Source: a virus
Length of the DNA stretch: 64,000 bases
Strand: one strand, 5' to 3'
IMG/VR virus record: IMGVR_UViG_3300022848_000011
Coordinates: 21,363-85,362 of that record
Under the pieces are notes generated by a model. That model saw nothing but the letters and a program-made list of their open reading frames with translations, made no database searches and was not told the origin of the DNA. Made by a program: the position numbers and the translations under genes. Of the stretch, positions 1 to 11,700 are shown one piece after another. Numbering within the stretch: position 1 is the stretch's first letter; each line of letters opens with the position of its first letter.

Positions 1-2
1 TT

Positions 3-2996
3 AGCGACAAAATTGCAGAATTAGAAAGAATAAAAAACAAACTCGAAGATAGTAAATCAACACAAGAATGGTATTATAACTCGGTTTCAAATGTTATCAA
101 TTTAGGTTTAGAAAACCCAGCTTGGCTAGATTTGAATCAGGTGCCTAGTTTAGAACAATCTTCTGTAGCAAATAATAATGTGTTGTCACAATCAGATGTG
201 GGCGTTTTTTACTTTGACTGGAATAGTGATTTTAGAAAAGAAGGAGATTATTTTCTAACATGGGAATGGCAACCTTTAATTGCTGGAGATACTCTATTTG
301 GTCACGAAAAATTCACAGTTTTCCCAGATAATAAACTTACAGTTTCTAATCCTAAGAAAACCGTACCTGATGATAAATATGATATGTTGATGGAAAGATA
401 TCTTCCAAAACACATTTTAGAAAAATTTTCTTCTAACGATTTAAGTGCAGAGGTAATAACAGAATACAACAAAGCGGTTGGTAAATTATTTCTATTCTTA
501 GACAATCAAGCTAATCAATTATTAGGAATGATTGACCCTAATTCTACCAATGAAGAATATCTACCTTTATTAGCTAATTTATTTAACATTAAATTAAAAT
601 CACAAGATCCTGTAAGATGGAAAGCACAAATAAAAACAGCTATACCTCTATTTAAAAAGAAAGGTACATTATCTTGTCTTAAATCTAATTTAGATTATGC
701 TGGAATGAGATTAGTAAAATTTACCAATCTTTGGCAAATTAAGTCTAAATATTCTTGTCAAGAAAAATTCACGTATCTTACGAACGAATTTAAACTCAAA
801 TACGAACCTATCTTACCACTAAATCAAGATGTTTTTAAACTTTTTATTGAATTAGAAGATGGTTCTTGGAACGAATTAACATCTGATTATATTAATGTTA
901 ATTCAGATGGGACTTTCGAATGGATCGGAGATTCATTGAATGAAGACCCAATACAATTAAAACTAAATGACAATATTCGTATAATATATCAACATACTGA
1001 ATATCCAAATTATGAAGAAGAAACTATTGATTTATACACATTGTCATTACCTATATCAGACACACGATCAAGTATTGATCAAGAATTTCCTCCTATCGAC
1101 TGGAATACAAGGGTTATAGAAGAGAATGATGCAATGTTCGACATTATCATCAATGAAAAACATCCTTTTTTTGACTATTTTCCTTTCGGTAAAATTAGGA
1201 CTAAATTTCCGTATTCAGAAAATGCTTATAACATGGAAGAGTACAATGGTTCATTAAGAGATTCTTTTAATGCATGTGACATAGATAAGTATTTCACTGA
1301 ACCTTGTTATCACTGTTTGTCTAGTAAATATAACATAGAAGTGGAAATCGAAGAACTATCAGATGATAAAATTATAGAATTTACAAAAATACTGGAAGAA
1401 AATGTACCATTTCATCTTTTGCCACATACAATTAGACTTCATAGTTCTTTTCAAGATTTTATTAATGTTCAAGATAAGTCTTTAGATTATATTTTTAAAT
1501 ATAATATTAAAGATACTTTATTGATAAGCTCTCAATATAAATTCATGAGATCAATACCTTTCCAAGAGGCTAACGACAACTTCAAAAGAAATATCATTAG
1601 TAATATGGAATTGGAACTTGGACCAATAAATGTAAGTATAAAAAATAACGAAATCATATTAGTTTGTCCTGGAACTAGCACAACAGATGATATTTTTAAT
1701 AATAAAGGTAATTATAAAAATTTGCAAGAATTAGGTATAAATTTATCTACAACAAATTCTACAATACAAAATAATTCTAATATATTAGAAATAAAGAGTC
1801 CAAGTGTATTAGCTGGGAGTTACACATTGGATAATGTTATTAATAGTACAGCAACTATCATTAATCCAACCTTTGCGGAACCAGTAGATGAGTCTCAATT
1901 TGTTTTTAAAATTTCCAATAAAATTATTTCATCTAGTACTAGTAACATCACTCAAATAAAAACATTTAATTTAAGTGATAAAAATTTTAATCATGAGAAA
2001 TATTCAGTTGTGACACAATGGGATATAGATAAAGGTCATTCATCAGATTCTGTATGGGAAGTTAGAATTGGTATAAACAGTTTTGAAATAATTAACGTTA
2101 ATCAAAATGGTCAAATATTAATCAAAGATACTGGTGTTTTGTCTAATTCCAACCAAACAAATGTTTCTTGGGTTTTGTTAGATAGTAATAATGAAGAAGT
2201 ATTTCAAGGATTACAAGGAGAAATAAAAGTAGATTTTTTCGGAGAAATTGAACTAGATTCTAATAATTTTTTTAATATCACAGATGTCAAAAATATTCTT
2301 AAATTAAACGATGAATTAAAGTATAATTCTAATAATTATAAAATTATCAAATTTTTAGATGCTGAGAAAGTGTTGGTATCTAACTATAATTCTGGTGATG
2401 CTTTAGGGGTTGCCGTTGATGTATATCGTTGTTTAGCCGATAATTTAATTGGGAAATTGGAATACAAGGGACAAAAAATTCATAGTCCTTTAAATTTAGA
2501 ATCAATTTTAAATATACAAAATGGAGCAAATCCCCCAGTACAGCCTATTCGCAATTCTAATAAAGAAAATTATTTGATACTTCTAGGATCACAAAGTCCT
2601 GATTTAAATGATGAAACTTATGATTATTACTATATTAAAGATATAGATAATAATGATGTTGAAGTTGGTGGACCGAATAAAATTTGGACTCTTTCTAATC
2701 AAAACGTTATTTGCAGAATTTATAAATTCACAAAAGAGGATGTAGAAGTGTTCGAAAGAGAAAAACCGCCGATTGAAGGTCATATCTTTGATGATATAGA
2801 AGGTTTGCCTAAAGGGGTTGATAGATCATCTAGTAATGTAATTAAAATTGATTCTATCAATACAGTAAGTATGCTTAGTGATGTTCTGAATAAGAATGAT
2901 AAGGTCGAAGGTCAAAATGATTACTTAGAGCTTAATGAATCAATTAGTTTTAAAATAGAATATGATGATGGGAAAATACAAGAAGGTGAAATTTAA
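3..2996 (+). CDS. Baseplate wedge/tail protein with P2 gpI-like domain; 5' end lies outside the window
   Basis: The frame is open from nt 3 (SDKIAELERIKNKLE...) into the 132..2996 ORF. The segment YLPLLANLFNIKL...WKAQIKTAIPLFKKKGTLSCLK resembles phage tail protein I. It heads a tightly coupled structural operon. Confidence 0.6.
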   Translation, partial: SDKIAELERIKNKLEDSKSTQEWYYNSVSNVINLGLENPAWLDLNQVPSLEQSSVANNNVLSQSDVGVFYFDWNSDFRKEGDYFLTWEWQPLIAGDTLFGHEKFTVFPDNKLTVSNPKKTVPDDKYDMLMERYLPKHILEKFSSNDLSAEVITEYNKAVGKLFLFLDNQANQLLGMIDPNSTNEEYLPLLANLFNIKLKSQDPVRWKAQIKTAIPLFKKKGTLSCLKSNLDYAGMRLVKFTNLWQIKSKYSCQEKFTYLTNEFKLKYEPILPLNQDVFKLFIELEDGSWNELTSDYINVNSDGTFEWIGDSLNEDPIQLKLNDNIRIIYQHTEYPNYEEETIDLYTLSLPISDTRSSIDQEFPPIDWNTRVIEENDAMFDIIINEKHPFFDYFPFGKIRTKFPYSENAYNMEEYNGSLRDSFNACDIDKYFTEPCYHCLSSKYNIEVEIEELSDDKIIEFTKILEENVPFHLLPHTIRLHSSFQDFINVQDKSLDYIFKYNIKDTLLISSQYKFMRSIPFQEANDNFKRNIISNMELELGPINVSIKNNEIILVCPGTSTTDDIFNNKGNYKNLQELGINLSTTNSTIQNNSNILEIKSPSVLAGSYTLDNVINSTATIINPTFAEPVDESQFVFKISNKIISSSTSNITQIKTFNLSDKNFNHEKYSVVTQWDIDKGHSSDSVWEVRIGINSFEIINVNQNGQILIKDTGVLSNSNQTNVSWVLLDSNNEEVFQGLQGEIKVDFFGEIELDSNNFFNITDVKNILKLNDELKYNSNNYKIIKFLDAEKVLVSNYNSGDALGVAVDVYRCLADNLIGKLEYKGQKIHSPLNLESILNIQNGANPPVQPIRNSNKENYLILLGSQSPDLNDETYDYYYIKDIDNNDVEVGGPNKIWTLSNQNVICRIYKFTKEDVEVFEREKPPIEGHIFDDIEGLPKGVDRSSSNVIKIDSINTVSMLSDVLNKNDKVEGQNDYLELNESISFKIEYDDGKIQEGEI

Positions 2997-3466
2997 TGAT
3001 ATCAACAATTGAAACAAAAGGTTTCGTAGATGTTACCATCCAATATGATGATGGGACAACAGAAGTTTCCAACTTTACTAATGCAGTTATGGTTAATGGA
3101 AAGTTAGCTATTAGTAAGATTCTACTAAACCAAATAGGTGATGTAAATAGTTTCTTTATAAATAGGATGCTCTTCGGGGATGGTGGTAGAAATGGTGGAG
3201 TTCCACGTATTATTAACTCCACTAATAATAACCTATATGGAACTGTTAGGGTTGTGAAACCAGTGTCTTCATCGGTTAACCCAAATGATGCTACAGAAAT
3301 AAGATTTTCTTCCACTTTAGGAAAAGAGGATGGAAATGGAATACATATAGATGAGTTAGCATTACAAATGGAAAATGGCGATTTGTTTAGTATGACTACA
3401 TGGAGCGGATTTACTAAAACAAATAACATGCAAATCACATTTGGTTGGAAAATAGTACTTTTATAG
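2996..3466 (+). CDS. Baseplate/tail-collar type structural protein
   Basis: NAVMVNGKLAI...MLFGDGG...GNGIHIDELAL...FTKTNNMQITFGWKI pattern typical of myovirus baseplate/fibre-attachment proteins. Overlaps the upstream stop (TAATG). Confidence 0.55.
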   Translation: MISTIETKGFVDVTIQYDDGTTEVSNFTNAVMVNGKLAISKILLNQIGDVNSFFINRMLFGDGGRNGGVPRIINSTNNNLYGTVRVVKPVSSSVNPNDATEIRFSSTLGKEDGNGIHIDELALQMENGDLFSMTTWSGFTKTNNMQITFGWKIVLL

Positions 3467-3475
3467 GGGAAATAA

Positions 3476-4264
3476 ATGCCAGATTTATCTAATTTAGACG
3501 ATTCTTTTTATAAGCCAGAAGATCCTTATCATTTTCATTACGATAACCTACCAATAAAAAGTTTATTGGAGAAAATTCAATTAATTAATGCTCAAACTGA
3601 TATTAATGCTAATATTTTAAGAGGGTCAAATGGAAGTGTAGGCAGTTTGTCTATTCGGTTAAATGAATCATTGGAAGGTGATGGACGTTTAAAAACAGAA
3701 GCAGTCAATAATTCATTACATAATATTGCTTTCCATGAAGATGGAGAGAAAGATGGTGTTGATTATGTTAAAATGAAACTTGAAGAGAGATCTAAATTAT
3801 CATTAATTGAGAGTGGTGCAAATAATTTAACTATAGAAATTGAATCAATTTCATCAACTCCATTAATAAGCACTGGGCTGTTAAGATTAAAGACAACAGA
3901 CACTATTAATTATAATTACACTCAAAGTGGATTAGAAATTAATACTAACTTTCCTGTTAATTCTGCTCATATACATAACTATAATAAAGAACCAGTTCAT
4001 GCCAATGTGTCAACCCCTGACTATAAAAACTATAAAGTCAATTCTATCAGTTCAGATTATATTGCTGGGAGTCTTAGAGTATATGTAAATGGCATAAGAT
4101 TAAATTCAACCGATCCCGTTAGAGTACCAGAAGCAGATGATGTCAATATTTGGACTTTGACTTATATAGAATCAGAAAATAACACAAGTGGTACATTTTC
4201 TTTTAATAGAACTTTAAAATCAAGTGATATAATTTGCATTGATTTTGACGAAAATTATCTATGA
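3476..4264 (+). CDS. Putative virion structural protein
   Basis: Lies in the structural operon with a GGGGA RBS. C-terminal GSLRVYVNGIRL motif is common in tail/baseplate beta domains. Confidence 0.5.
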   Translation: MPDLSNLDDSFYKPEDPYHFHYDNLPIKSLLEKIQLINAQTDINANILRGSNGSVGSLSIRLNESLEGDGRLKTEAVNNSLHNIAFHEDGEKDGVDYVKMKLEERSKLSLIESGANNLTIEIESISSTPLISTGLLRLKTTDTINYNYTQSGLEINTNFPVNSAHIHNYNKEPVHANVSTPDYKNYKVNSISSDYIAGSLRVYVNGIRLNSTDPVRVPEADDVNIWTLTYIESENNTSGTFSFNRTLKSSDIICIDFDENYL

Positions 4265-4800
4265 CAGACCCCCAATTTTTAATTATTTCTCCTGAAATCA
4301 ACACTGGATTAATCAAAACAACTGTTAGTTCTTTAAAATTCAGGTATAAAAACCCTAGAGTTCTTTGCTCCGTACCTGAATCTGCTATAAAAAATGATAT
4401 TAATTTTATCAAAACATTATGCCCTGTAATTCGTGGCAAAAACACAATAACTTCTTTAATAAATACTGGTGTTAGTCGTATGAAAAAAGATTGGATTGTG
4501 TGGATAGTAGAAGGTGCTGTAGTAAAATGCCCATTTCATCTGAAATATCATAATTGGTTAGCTAGTGAGAACGACATTTTCTTTCCAGTAGGTTTACAGC
4601 ATAATAGACATGGTAAACCTATCAATATTACTACTTGTTTTGAAAATTCAAGTTTAAATGGAGTAATGTTTCATAAACAGATCTTTAATAGAGTAGGTAA
4701 ATTCTCAGATAATCCTTTAGAAATATCTAGAACGGTCTGGCGTCAGGAAGCTGAATCGAAGGGTGGTATATTCAAAGGAGTTTTAGGGGTAAGAATATGA
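4261..4800 (+). CDS. Degenerate GT-A (family 2-like) glycosyltransferase-like protein
   Basis: SLINTGVSRMKKDWIVWIVEG resembles the GT2 'N.G......(D/E)(W/Y)I...D.D' segment, but the DxD is missing. GVMFHKQIFNRVGKF also fits. Confidence 0.35.
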   Translation: MTDPQFLIISPEINTGLIKTTVSSLKFRYKNPRVLCSVPESAIKNDINFIKTLCPVIRGKNTITSLINTGVSRMKKDWIVWIVEGAVVKCPFHLKYHNWLASENDIFFPVGLQHNRHGKPINITTCFENSSLNGVMFHKQIFNRVGKFSDNPLEISRTVWRQEAESKGGIFKGVLGVRI

Positions 4801-5492
4801 ACGAAATATTTGATCAGGCAACATCCATATTAGATAAAACAAAACAAAAAAATAGACACTCTTTATTTCAGTTGCGATATTTTATATTAGAAACAGAACC
4901 TACTATACAAGCCAAAATGATGAAATGTATAGAAGAAATAAAATCTCGACATTCAACACTCATGAATTTAAAATGGGGAATTGAAGAACAACAGGATAAT
5001 ATTAGGTTATCTGAATTAGAACTACAACAAAATAAAAATAATAAATCTGTAGACTCTATACAAGATGAAATTAACAAAATTATTAATAATAAAACTAAAC
5101 GTAAAATTGAAAAATTAAAAGATGATTTAAAAAATTTATATAACACAAAATTAAGTTGTGAAGAAGAATTAAGTTTTTTTGTAAGTGCTTTTAATAAAAT
5201 GAACGAAAAACATGATTTGCGTGATTTAGATGATTTTGATTCTAATTTAGAACTTTGGGACAATAAATATAAAGAAGACTTAAGCCTTTCATTCCTAGTA
5301 AATAAACCTATAAGTAATGAAGTAATACGTTGTATATTAGCCCTTCCAGATAAATCAAAAACCAAAAAAGAATTAAATTCTTTAATTAAAGCTAAATCAT
5401 TAGACAATGATATAGAAAGTGCTAAAAAAATTGAAAATGGAGAAGAATCATGCCAAATAAAATCGCATCAACAGATAAAGATTACTCAATAG
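4797..5492 (+). CDS. Hypothetical coiled-coil protein
   Basis: 231-aa ORF coupled to the upstream gene by ATGA overlap; heptad-rich. Confidence 0.6.
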   Translation: MNEIFDQATSILDKTKQKNRHSLFQLRYFILETEPTIQAKMMKCIEEIKSRHSTLMNLKWGIEEQQDNIRLSELELQQNKNNKSVDSIQDEINKIINNKTKRKIEKLKDDLKNLYNTKLSCEEELSFFVSAFNKMNEKHDLRDLDDFDSNLELWDNKYKEDLSLSFLVNKPISNEVIRCILALPDKSKTKKELNSLIKAKSLDNDIESAKKIENGEESCQIKSHQQIKITQ

Positions 5493-6493
5493 GTGATTTA
5501 TCTGTTTTCCCAGATCAAATAGATAGCACTAGAGAATTATATGAAGTAAGAAATAACGCTGAATCTAATCTAAAACAAAGTGTTTCTTATGATACAAAAT
5601 ATATAATTCTAGAAAATGGAAGTAATTTTCCATCACATGGAATTATCAAAATAGGGGAAACAAATCATCCTGGGGAATTAGTACACTATCAATTACGACA
5701 AGGTAATGTATTAAAGGAACTAACTAGAGGTTTCGCAGGCTCAAGACAAAATCCATGGCAAAGCGGGACACCAGTTAAAAACTCTGTAAGTGCTGAAACA
5801 CATAATGCTGTTAGAGATGCTATCTATAATATCCAAAATAAAAGTGGAACTAGTTATAAACCAGCAGATGGTTCTGTAAATAAATTACTAAAAGATGCAG
5901 AAATTAAATATTTGGCTCCCAAGGCACAATTTAGAGCATTTCCTAAAAAAGGTAGCCCACCACTGACTGTTAGGTTTCAAAGTACTTCTTCAGGAGATAT
6001 TGCTCGTTATCTTTGGGATTTTGGCGATGGTTCTCAATCAATAGACAAAAACCCTTTTCATGTATATAGAACAGAAGGCATCTTTACAGTTAAACTAAGT
6101 GTAGTCACAAGCACAGGAGCTAACGGGATTACTAAAAAAATAGATTATATTGATGTTTCGGATGATGAAAAATTTAAGTTTTTCTATCTTATCCAACAAG
6201 ATCAAACAAAGCCAGCATACTCAGAAAAAACAGCTTCAGAAAAAATATTATCTGGTGAAGATGTTAACGCAGAACCAGCAATCTTTGATTTTGTGGATCA
6301 AACTGACGGAGATATTACTCAAAGAATATGGATATTCGGAGATGGAGAAATAGAAACAGTAGATGATCCATCAATTCATTACACATCACATGTATATAAA
6401 AATCCTGGTAACTATGAACCTAATTTGTTACTCGTTTTTTCTTCAGATAATACTAAGAGAATTTTTTTACAAGACAACATATTGGTAGAATAA
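5450..6493 (+). CDS. PKD (Ig-like) domain virion protein
   Basis: Canonical PKD motifs: PLTVRFQSTSSG...YLWDFGDG...PFHVYRTEGIFTVKL and WIFGDG...HVYKNPGNY. Confidence 0.8.
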   Translation: MPNKIASTDKDYSIGDLSVFPDQIDSTRELYEVRNNAESNLKQSVSYDTKYIILENGSNFPSHGIIKIGETNHPGELVHYQLRQGNVLKELTRGFAGSRQNPWQSGTPVKNSVSAETHNAVRDAIYNIQNKSGTSYKPADGSVNKLLKDAEIKYLAPKAQFRAFPKKGSPPLTVRFQSTSSGDIARYLWDFGDGSQSIDKNPFHVYRTEGIFTVKLSVVTSTGANGITKKIDYIDVSDDEKFKFFYLIQQDQTKPAYSEKTASEKILSGEDVNAEPAIFDFVDQTDGDITQRIWIFGDGEIETVDDPSIHYTSHVYKNPGNYEPNLLLVFSSDNTKRIFLQDNILVE

Positions 6494-8775
6494 TGACAGA
6501 TATAGGAAAAACTAAGTATCCAAAACAAATTGATGATGACACCAATTTGTTTTTAGTACATGATGGTCTAAAATTAAATTTAGCAATTGATTATACTCCT
6601 GGAGATAACTCCATAGCTGTTTCTGGCGATGAAGCTATTTTTAATAGATTTCCTTCGTCTGGAATTATTACATTAACAGAACAATACTCCGAACCCAAAG
6701 AAAGAGCAATAAGTTTTTTTTATGAATCCAAAGGTGATTTATTGTTTAATCAAATACAATTAATCCCAGGATTCAAAGATGTAAAAAAAATAGCAGATCA
6801 TACTACTGTTACAATGAATGTGTATGACATGCATCATAATTCTCTTAAAGATGCCTTAATTGCCACACAGAACTTTATAGGAATCGAAGGTCAAATTGAC
6901 AACGCACCATTTGGTGGCACACTAGAAGGTCGTTTAAACTTTTTGAAAAAGCTTGTGTATTCTCCTAAAGCATGGTTCTCAGTCAATAACCAAATTGGTA
7001 TTGTTCCTTTCTGTGTCACTTTCAAAGATGAAAGTTTTAGATTAGGTGAAGGAGATGTTCAATATCATTGGTCATTTGGTAATGGAGAAGAATTTGACAA
7101 TAACCCCTCTACTCATGTAATTTCTGCAACAGACCTTGTTCCCGAAAGTAATATATCAAATATACCTATAGAGGTATTAGATGAAGATGGTGGAACAATA
7201 ACAAAATGTTATTCGGAACCAGGAGTTTTTGATGTTAAATTAAGAGTTTCTAACGAATATGGGGAAGATATAGTAGAATTCAAAAATCTTATTATTGCCA
7301 AAGTAGAAGCCCCAAAATTAGCTAAATTTAAAATCAAACCTAGATCTACACAATTATCTTATAACGATCCTCTAAAAATTAGGACTAAAACAAATATATT
7401 TGTAGATTTGGAATTAGAAAACGGAGAAGATCCTAATAATTTAGGATATTCTTTAAGAGGAGAGAAGTTGGATGATAGTAAAAATCCAATTGATCCTATC
7501 ATAGAATATACATGGGACATTGCTGATGATGTGAATCACAGAAACTTGCCAATAACTAAAGCTTTATTTTCAGTTGGCGGTATTTATGATGTTTCTGTAC
7601 GTGTTGATACTAAATTTAATAGTTATAGAATTACAAAATATGATAATGTAATTGATGTTATAGAAGATACTAATCTATGGTTGTGGAATTTTACCAATTA
7701 TAACGAGAATTCTTCAGGAGTCGTAAAAGGATATGAATTTGGTTTAGCAAGCGAAACATTCAAGACTCTAGGAAATCAATCTTTGGTAATAAATAGAGAT
7801 AACTCTTTTTTAGATTATCTGAGTGATAATACCTACGAAGATGGTACAGAAGCTAAGGCTAAATATGAATTTGACAGAAATACAAACTTCACCCGAAAAG
7901 GAAGCTTGAGTTCAGGCAATAATGGCATTAATTTAATGATGTATTCTTCAGGAGGTGATTTGAATTCTCAAAAAGTTAAAATAAATCAATATAACGGTTT
8001 TTCTGATGTTTACTCCAATGTAGATGATGTTAACAATAAACCCTGGAATTGGATAGCTTTAAATTCTGCTAGCAATACTCATTTTTTGCTTGGAACTGGG
8101 GAATTGTCGACGAATAATTTTGAAAATGATGTTGTTGACGAAATGCAACAATTTAATTTATCTGCCTTAGTAGCGACTAGCCCTAAACAATTAAACAGCA
8201 CTTATTTTGAAAATGGAGCAGAAGATCTCTTAAGAAACGTATCTGTATTTAACTCAAGTGGTATTCCTGTTAATGGTTATTTTTCATCTTACAGAAGTGC
8301 ATGGAAAGATAATTCTGGCTATATATTAAAAAATAGTGGTGTTAACAACTTCTTTAGGTTAGCGAGTTTTTATAAAACAAATGGATCTGTAGTAAACGAG
8401 ATTAACACAATAACTAAACTAAACGATTTATCTGGCAGAACCGTACTGGAAGGTCAATTAGTACCTATGAATAGCGGTTTATTTTTCTTTAATAACTCTG
8501 GTCAGGTTTCAGCTTGGAATATTAATTCAAATGTTTGGGAAACGCTTCGACAAAGCTCTGCCACTCTTGCATTTAGATCTTTACAAGATTCAAATGTTTC
8601 ATCTTTTGATAATGAATCTAATACTCTTTTGGTAGCTTCTGATAATAATTCAATGGCTTATCTTAGTTATGATTATAGCGAATCTTCTTTTATAAAATTT
8701 AATTTAACTAATAAAACGTTTTCTAGTGCAGGGGGAAGACCAATTGGTAAACAGTTTATGATGGGAATATTCTAA
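6493..8775 (+). CDS. PKD domain virion protein
   Basis: PFCVTFKDES...YHWSFGNG...YSEPGVFDVKLRVSN. Shares its N-terminal domain with both neighbours. Confidence 0.75.
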   Translation: MTDIGKTKYPKQIDDDTNLFLVHDGLKLNLAIDYTPGDNSIAVSGDEAIFNRFPSSGIITLTEQYSEPKERAISFFYESKGDLLFNQIQLIPGFKDVKKIADHTTVTMNVYDMHHNSLKDALIATQNFIGIEGQIDNAPFGGTLEGRLNFLKKLVYSPKAWFSVNNQIGIVPFCVTFKDESFRLGEGDVQYHWSFGNGEEFDNNPSTHVISATDLVPESNISNIPIEVLDEDGGTITKCYSEPGVFDVKLRVSNEYGEDIVEFKNLIIAKVEAPKLAKFKIKPRSTQLSYNDPLKIRTKTNIFVDLELENGEDPNNLGYSLRGEKLDDSKNPIDPIIEYTWDIADDVNHRNLPITKALFSVGGIYDVSVRVDTKFNSYRITKYDNVIDVIEDTNLWLWNFTNYNENSSGVVKGYEFGLASETFKTLGNQSLVINRDNSFLDYLSDNTYEDGTEAKAKYEFDRNTNFTRKGSLSSGNNGINLMMYSSGGDLNSQKVKINQYNGFSDVYSNVDDVNNKPWNWIALNSASNTHFLLGTGELSTNNFENDVVDEMQQFNLSALVATSPKQLNSTYFENGAEDLLRNVSVFNSSGIPVNGYFSSYRSAWKDNSGYILKNSGVNNFFRLASFYKTNGSVVNEINTITKLNDLSGRTVLEGQLVPMNSGLFFFNNSGQVSAWNINSNVWETLRQSSATLAFRSLQDSNVSSFDNESNTLLVASDNNSMAYLSYDYSESSFIKFNLTNKTFSSAGGRPIGKQFMMGIF

Positions 8776-8794
8776 ATACATTTGAGGACTTAAC

Positions 8795-11700
8795 ATGAAC
8801 AGAATATTTCCACCATCTATAAATTATCCAAATGGACTTGACAATGATTATACATTGTTCCTAGTCCACAATACTACCGAATCTGTCTTATCTGAAAATA
8901 ATTCGGCTTGGGCTTTAGAAATAAGTATCGAGCCTGTTGATCCAGACCAATTAGAAATTTGGGCAGACAATGGGTTTGCTAATTTAAATGGGGAATTATT
9001 ATATTATGATACGGTAGAAAAAAACGAATTTGGCAAAGTAATTAAATTAAAAAATTGTGCTAGAAACATAGGTGGGAAACGAACTGTTTTTCAGAAAAAA
9101 GGAACTGATATACGAAGCTATGTCGTTGCTGAACACCATAACCAATTAACTCAATCTACTATTGCTACAGAAAGATTCTTAAAAGAAATAGAAGATCAGT
9201 TATTATTATTAAATGAAGAAAATACTTGTAAAGATGATGCTTTTTGCCCAGATGTTAATTTTAATATAGAAATCAATGAAGAATTAACTAATGATTGTGA
9301 TGGAATTGTTATTGATTATACAATAAACATAGATGGTGGGTTTTCTAATTTCGAGTTAGATTTTGGAGACGGAAGATCTACAAATAATCCTACTTCTGGA
9401 TCTTATACTTTTCCTAAAAACACAGTAATTGATCCTATCATTAAAATATCTAATAATAACTGCACAATAATACAATCTCCTTTAGTAAGAAATGAATCAA
9501 ATGAACCTCAAGAACAAATTGTCAATAATGTTAATTTAGTACCAATACCACAAATACCAGATTTGCCAGCTTTAACTGTTGGAGATTTAGATGTAGCTGT
9601 ACCGGAAATAGAATTTCCACAATTTTTTGGTCCATGTATCAATTTAAATGGATTTGAAATCAATCCAATTAATATACCTAGTATAATAAGCTTTGGTTCT
9701 CTTAATATTCCTAGTATTATAAATTTTAGTCCTCTTAATATACCAAGTATAATAAGCTTTGGTCCAGCCCCTAGTTTTAGTCCAATAGGCTTTGGTCCTA
9801 TAAGCATACCAAGTGTAATAAACTTTGGTATAGCCCCTAGTTTTAGCCCAATAGGATTTGGTCCTGTAAGTATACCAAGTATAATAAGCTTTGGTCCTGT
9901 AAGTATACCAAGTATAATAAGCTTTGGTCCAGCCCCTAGTTTTAGTCCAATAGGCTTTGGTCCTGCTCCTGAATTTAGTCCGATAGGATTTGGTCCTGCT
10001 CCTAGTTTTAGTCCAATAGGATTTGGGCCTGTAAGTGTACCAAGTATGATAAGTTTTGGACCTTTGAATATACCAAGTATGATAAGTTTTGGACCTTTGA
10101 ATATACCTAGTATAATAAGCTTTGGACCTCTTAATATACCAAGTGTAATAAGTCTTACTACAGTAGATTTCCCTAGTTTGATAGAATTTGGACCTGTTGA
10201 TTTCCCTAGTATGATTAACTTTGGGCCTGCTGATATTCCTTATATAATTACATTTGGACCTGTGGAAGTTCCTAGTATTATCGAATTTGGAACTGTTGAT
10301 ATACCTAGTATTATCGAATTTGGAGAAACGAATATACCTAGTGTTATTACATTTGGACCTGTTGATATTCCTAGTATTATTATATTTGGACCTGTTGATA
10401 TACCTAGTATTATTACATTTGAACCTGTTGATATACCTAGTATTATTACATTTGGACCTGTTGACATACCTAGTGTTATTACATTTGGACCTGTGAATAT
10501 TCCAGATGAAATTACATTTGGTCCTGTGGATTATATCCCAGATGAAATTGGTTTTGGTCCTGTTAATCTTCCCAGTGAAATTGGTTTTGGTCCTGTCAGT
10601 ATTCCCAGTGAAATTGGTTTTGGTCCTGTCAGTCTTCCCAGTGAAATTACATTTGGTCCTGTGGATATTCCAGACGAAATCACATTTGGAGAAGTAAGTA
10701 TTCCTAGTGAAATCACATTTGGAGAAGTAAGTATTCCTAGTGTTATTAACTTTGGCGAGGTAGCTTTTCCTAGTGTTATTAACTTTGGCGAGGTAACTCT
10801 ACCTAGTATTATAAACTTTGGTGAAGTGAGCATTCCTAGCGAAATCACATTCGGTGAAGTAAGTATTCCTAGTGAAATTAACTTCGGTCCTGCTCCTGAT
10901 ATTGGACCTGTTTCATTTGGTCCAGCACCATCTATAAGTGTCACTATACCTGATAGTATGGATTTGAATGTTGATTGGGGGACTATACCAATAATTACTA
11001 TAACTCCAACACACATTGATCCTATACATGTAAATGTTACCTTTGATCCAATGCCTCCCATCCCTCCCATATTAATCAGTTTCACGGGAGATGCTATTCC
11101 TGTTAATGTTGATTGGGGAATTATACCACCTGTAGGGGTGGTCTGGGGTCCTACACCTACAATCGATCCTATTCAATTTGGTCCTGCTAATATTTCACCT
11201 GTTCAATTTGGTCCTGCCAATATTTCACCTGTTCAATTTGGTCCTGCTCCACCGCTTACTGTTACTTGGGGTCCTACACCGACTTTAGAATGTAACGTAA
11301 CTGTTACTTGCCCAAACTCTGCCATGGCTGCACAATCGAATAAAAATTTCACTGAAGAAGACTTTGTAGATGATTTTGAATCGATGGAAATTGAAACTGA
11401 GGGAATTGGAATACCGTCAGAGATTATTATCAGGGCTCCTAAATTTCCTGAAATAAAAATACAGCATGATATTCCAGAATTCATCGAATTAAAAGCTCCA
11501 GATTCTATAGATCTTAATGTGAAACTAGAAAGCAATTTACCTAAATCGATTGAATTGAACTCTTCGAAACTGCCCAAATCAATCCAATTATTAACAAATG
11601 GATTAGAAAAAGGAATATTACTAGATTCTTCTAATGTTTCTATTAAACTTGAGATGCCTATGGAACTTCCAAAGTTACAAATAGATACAAGTAAATTATC

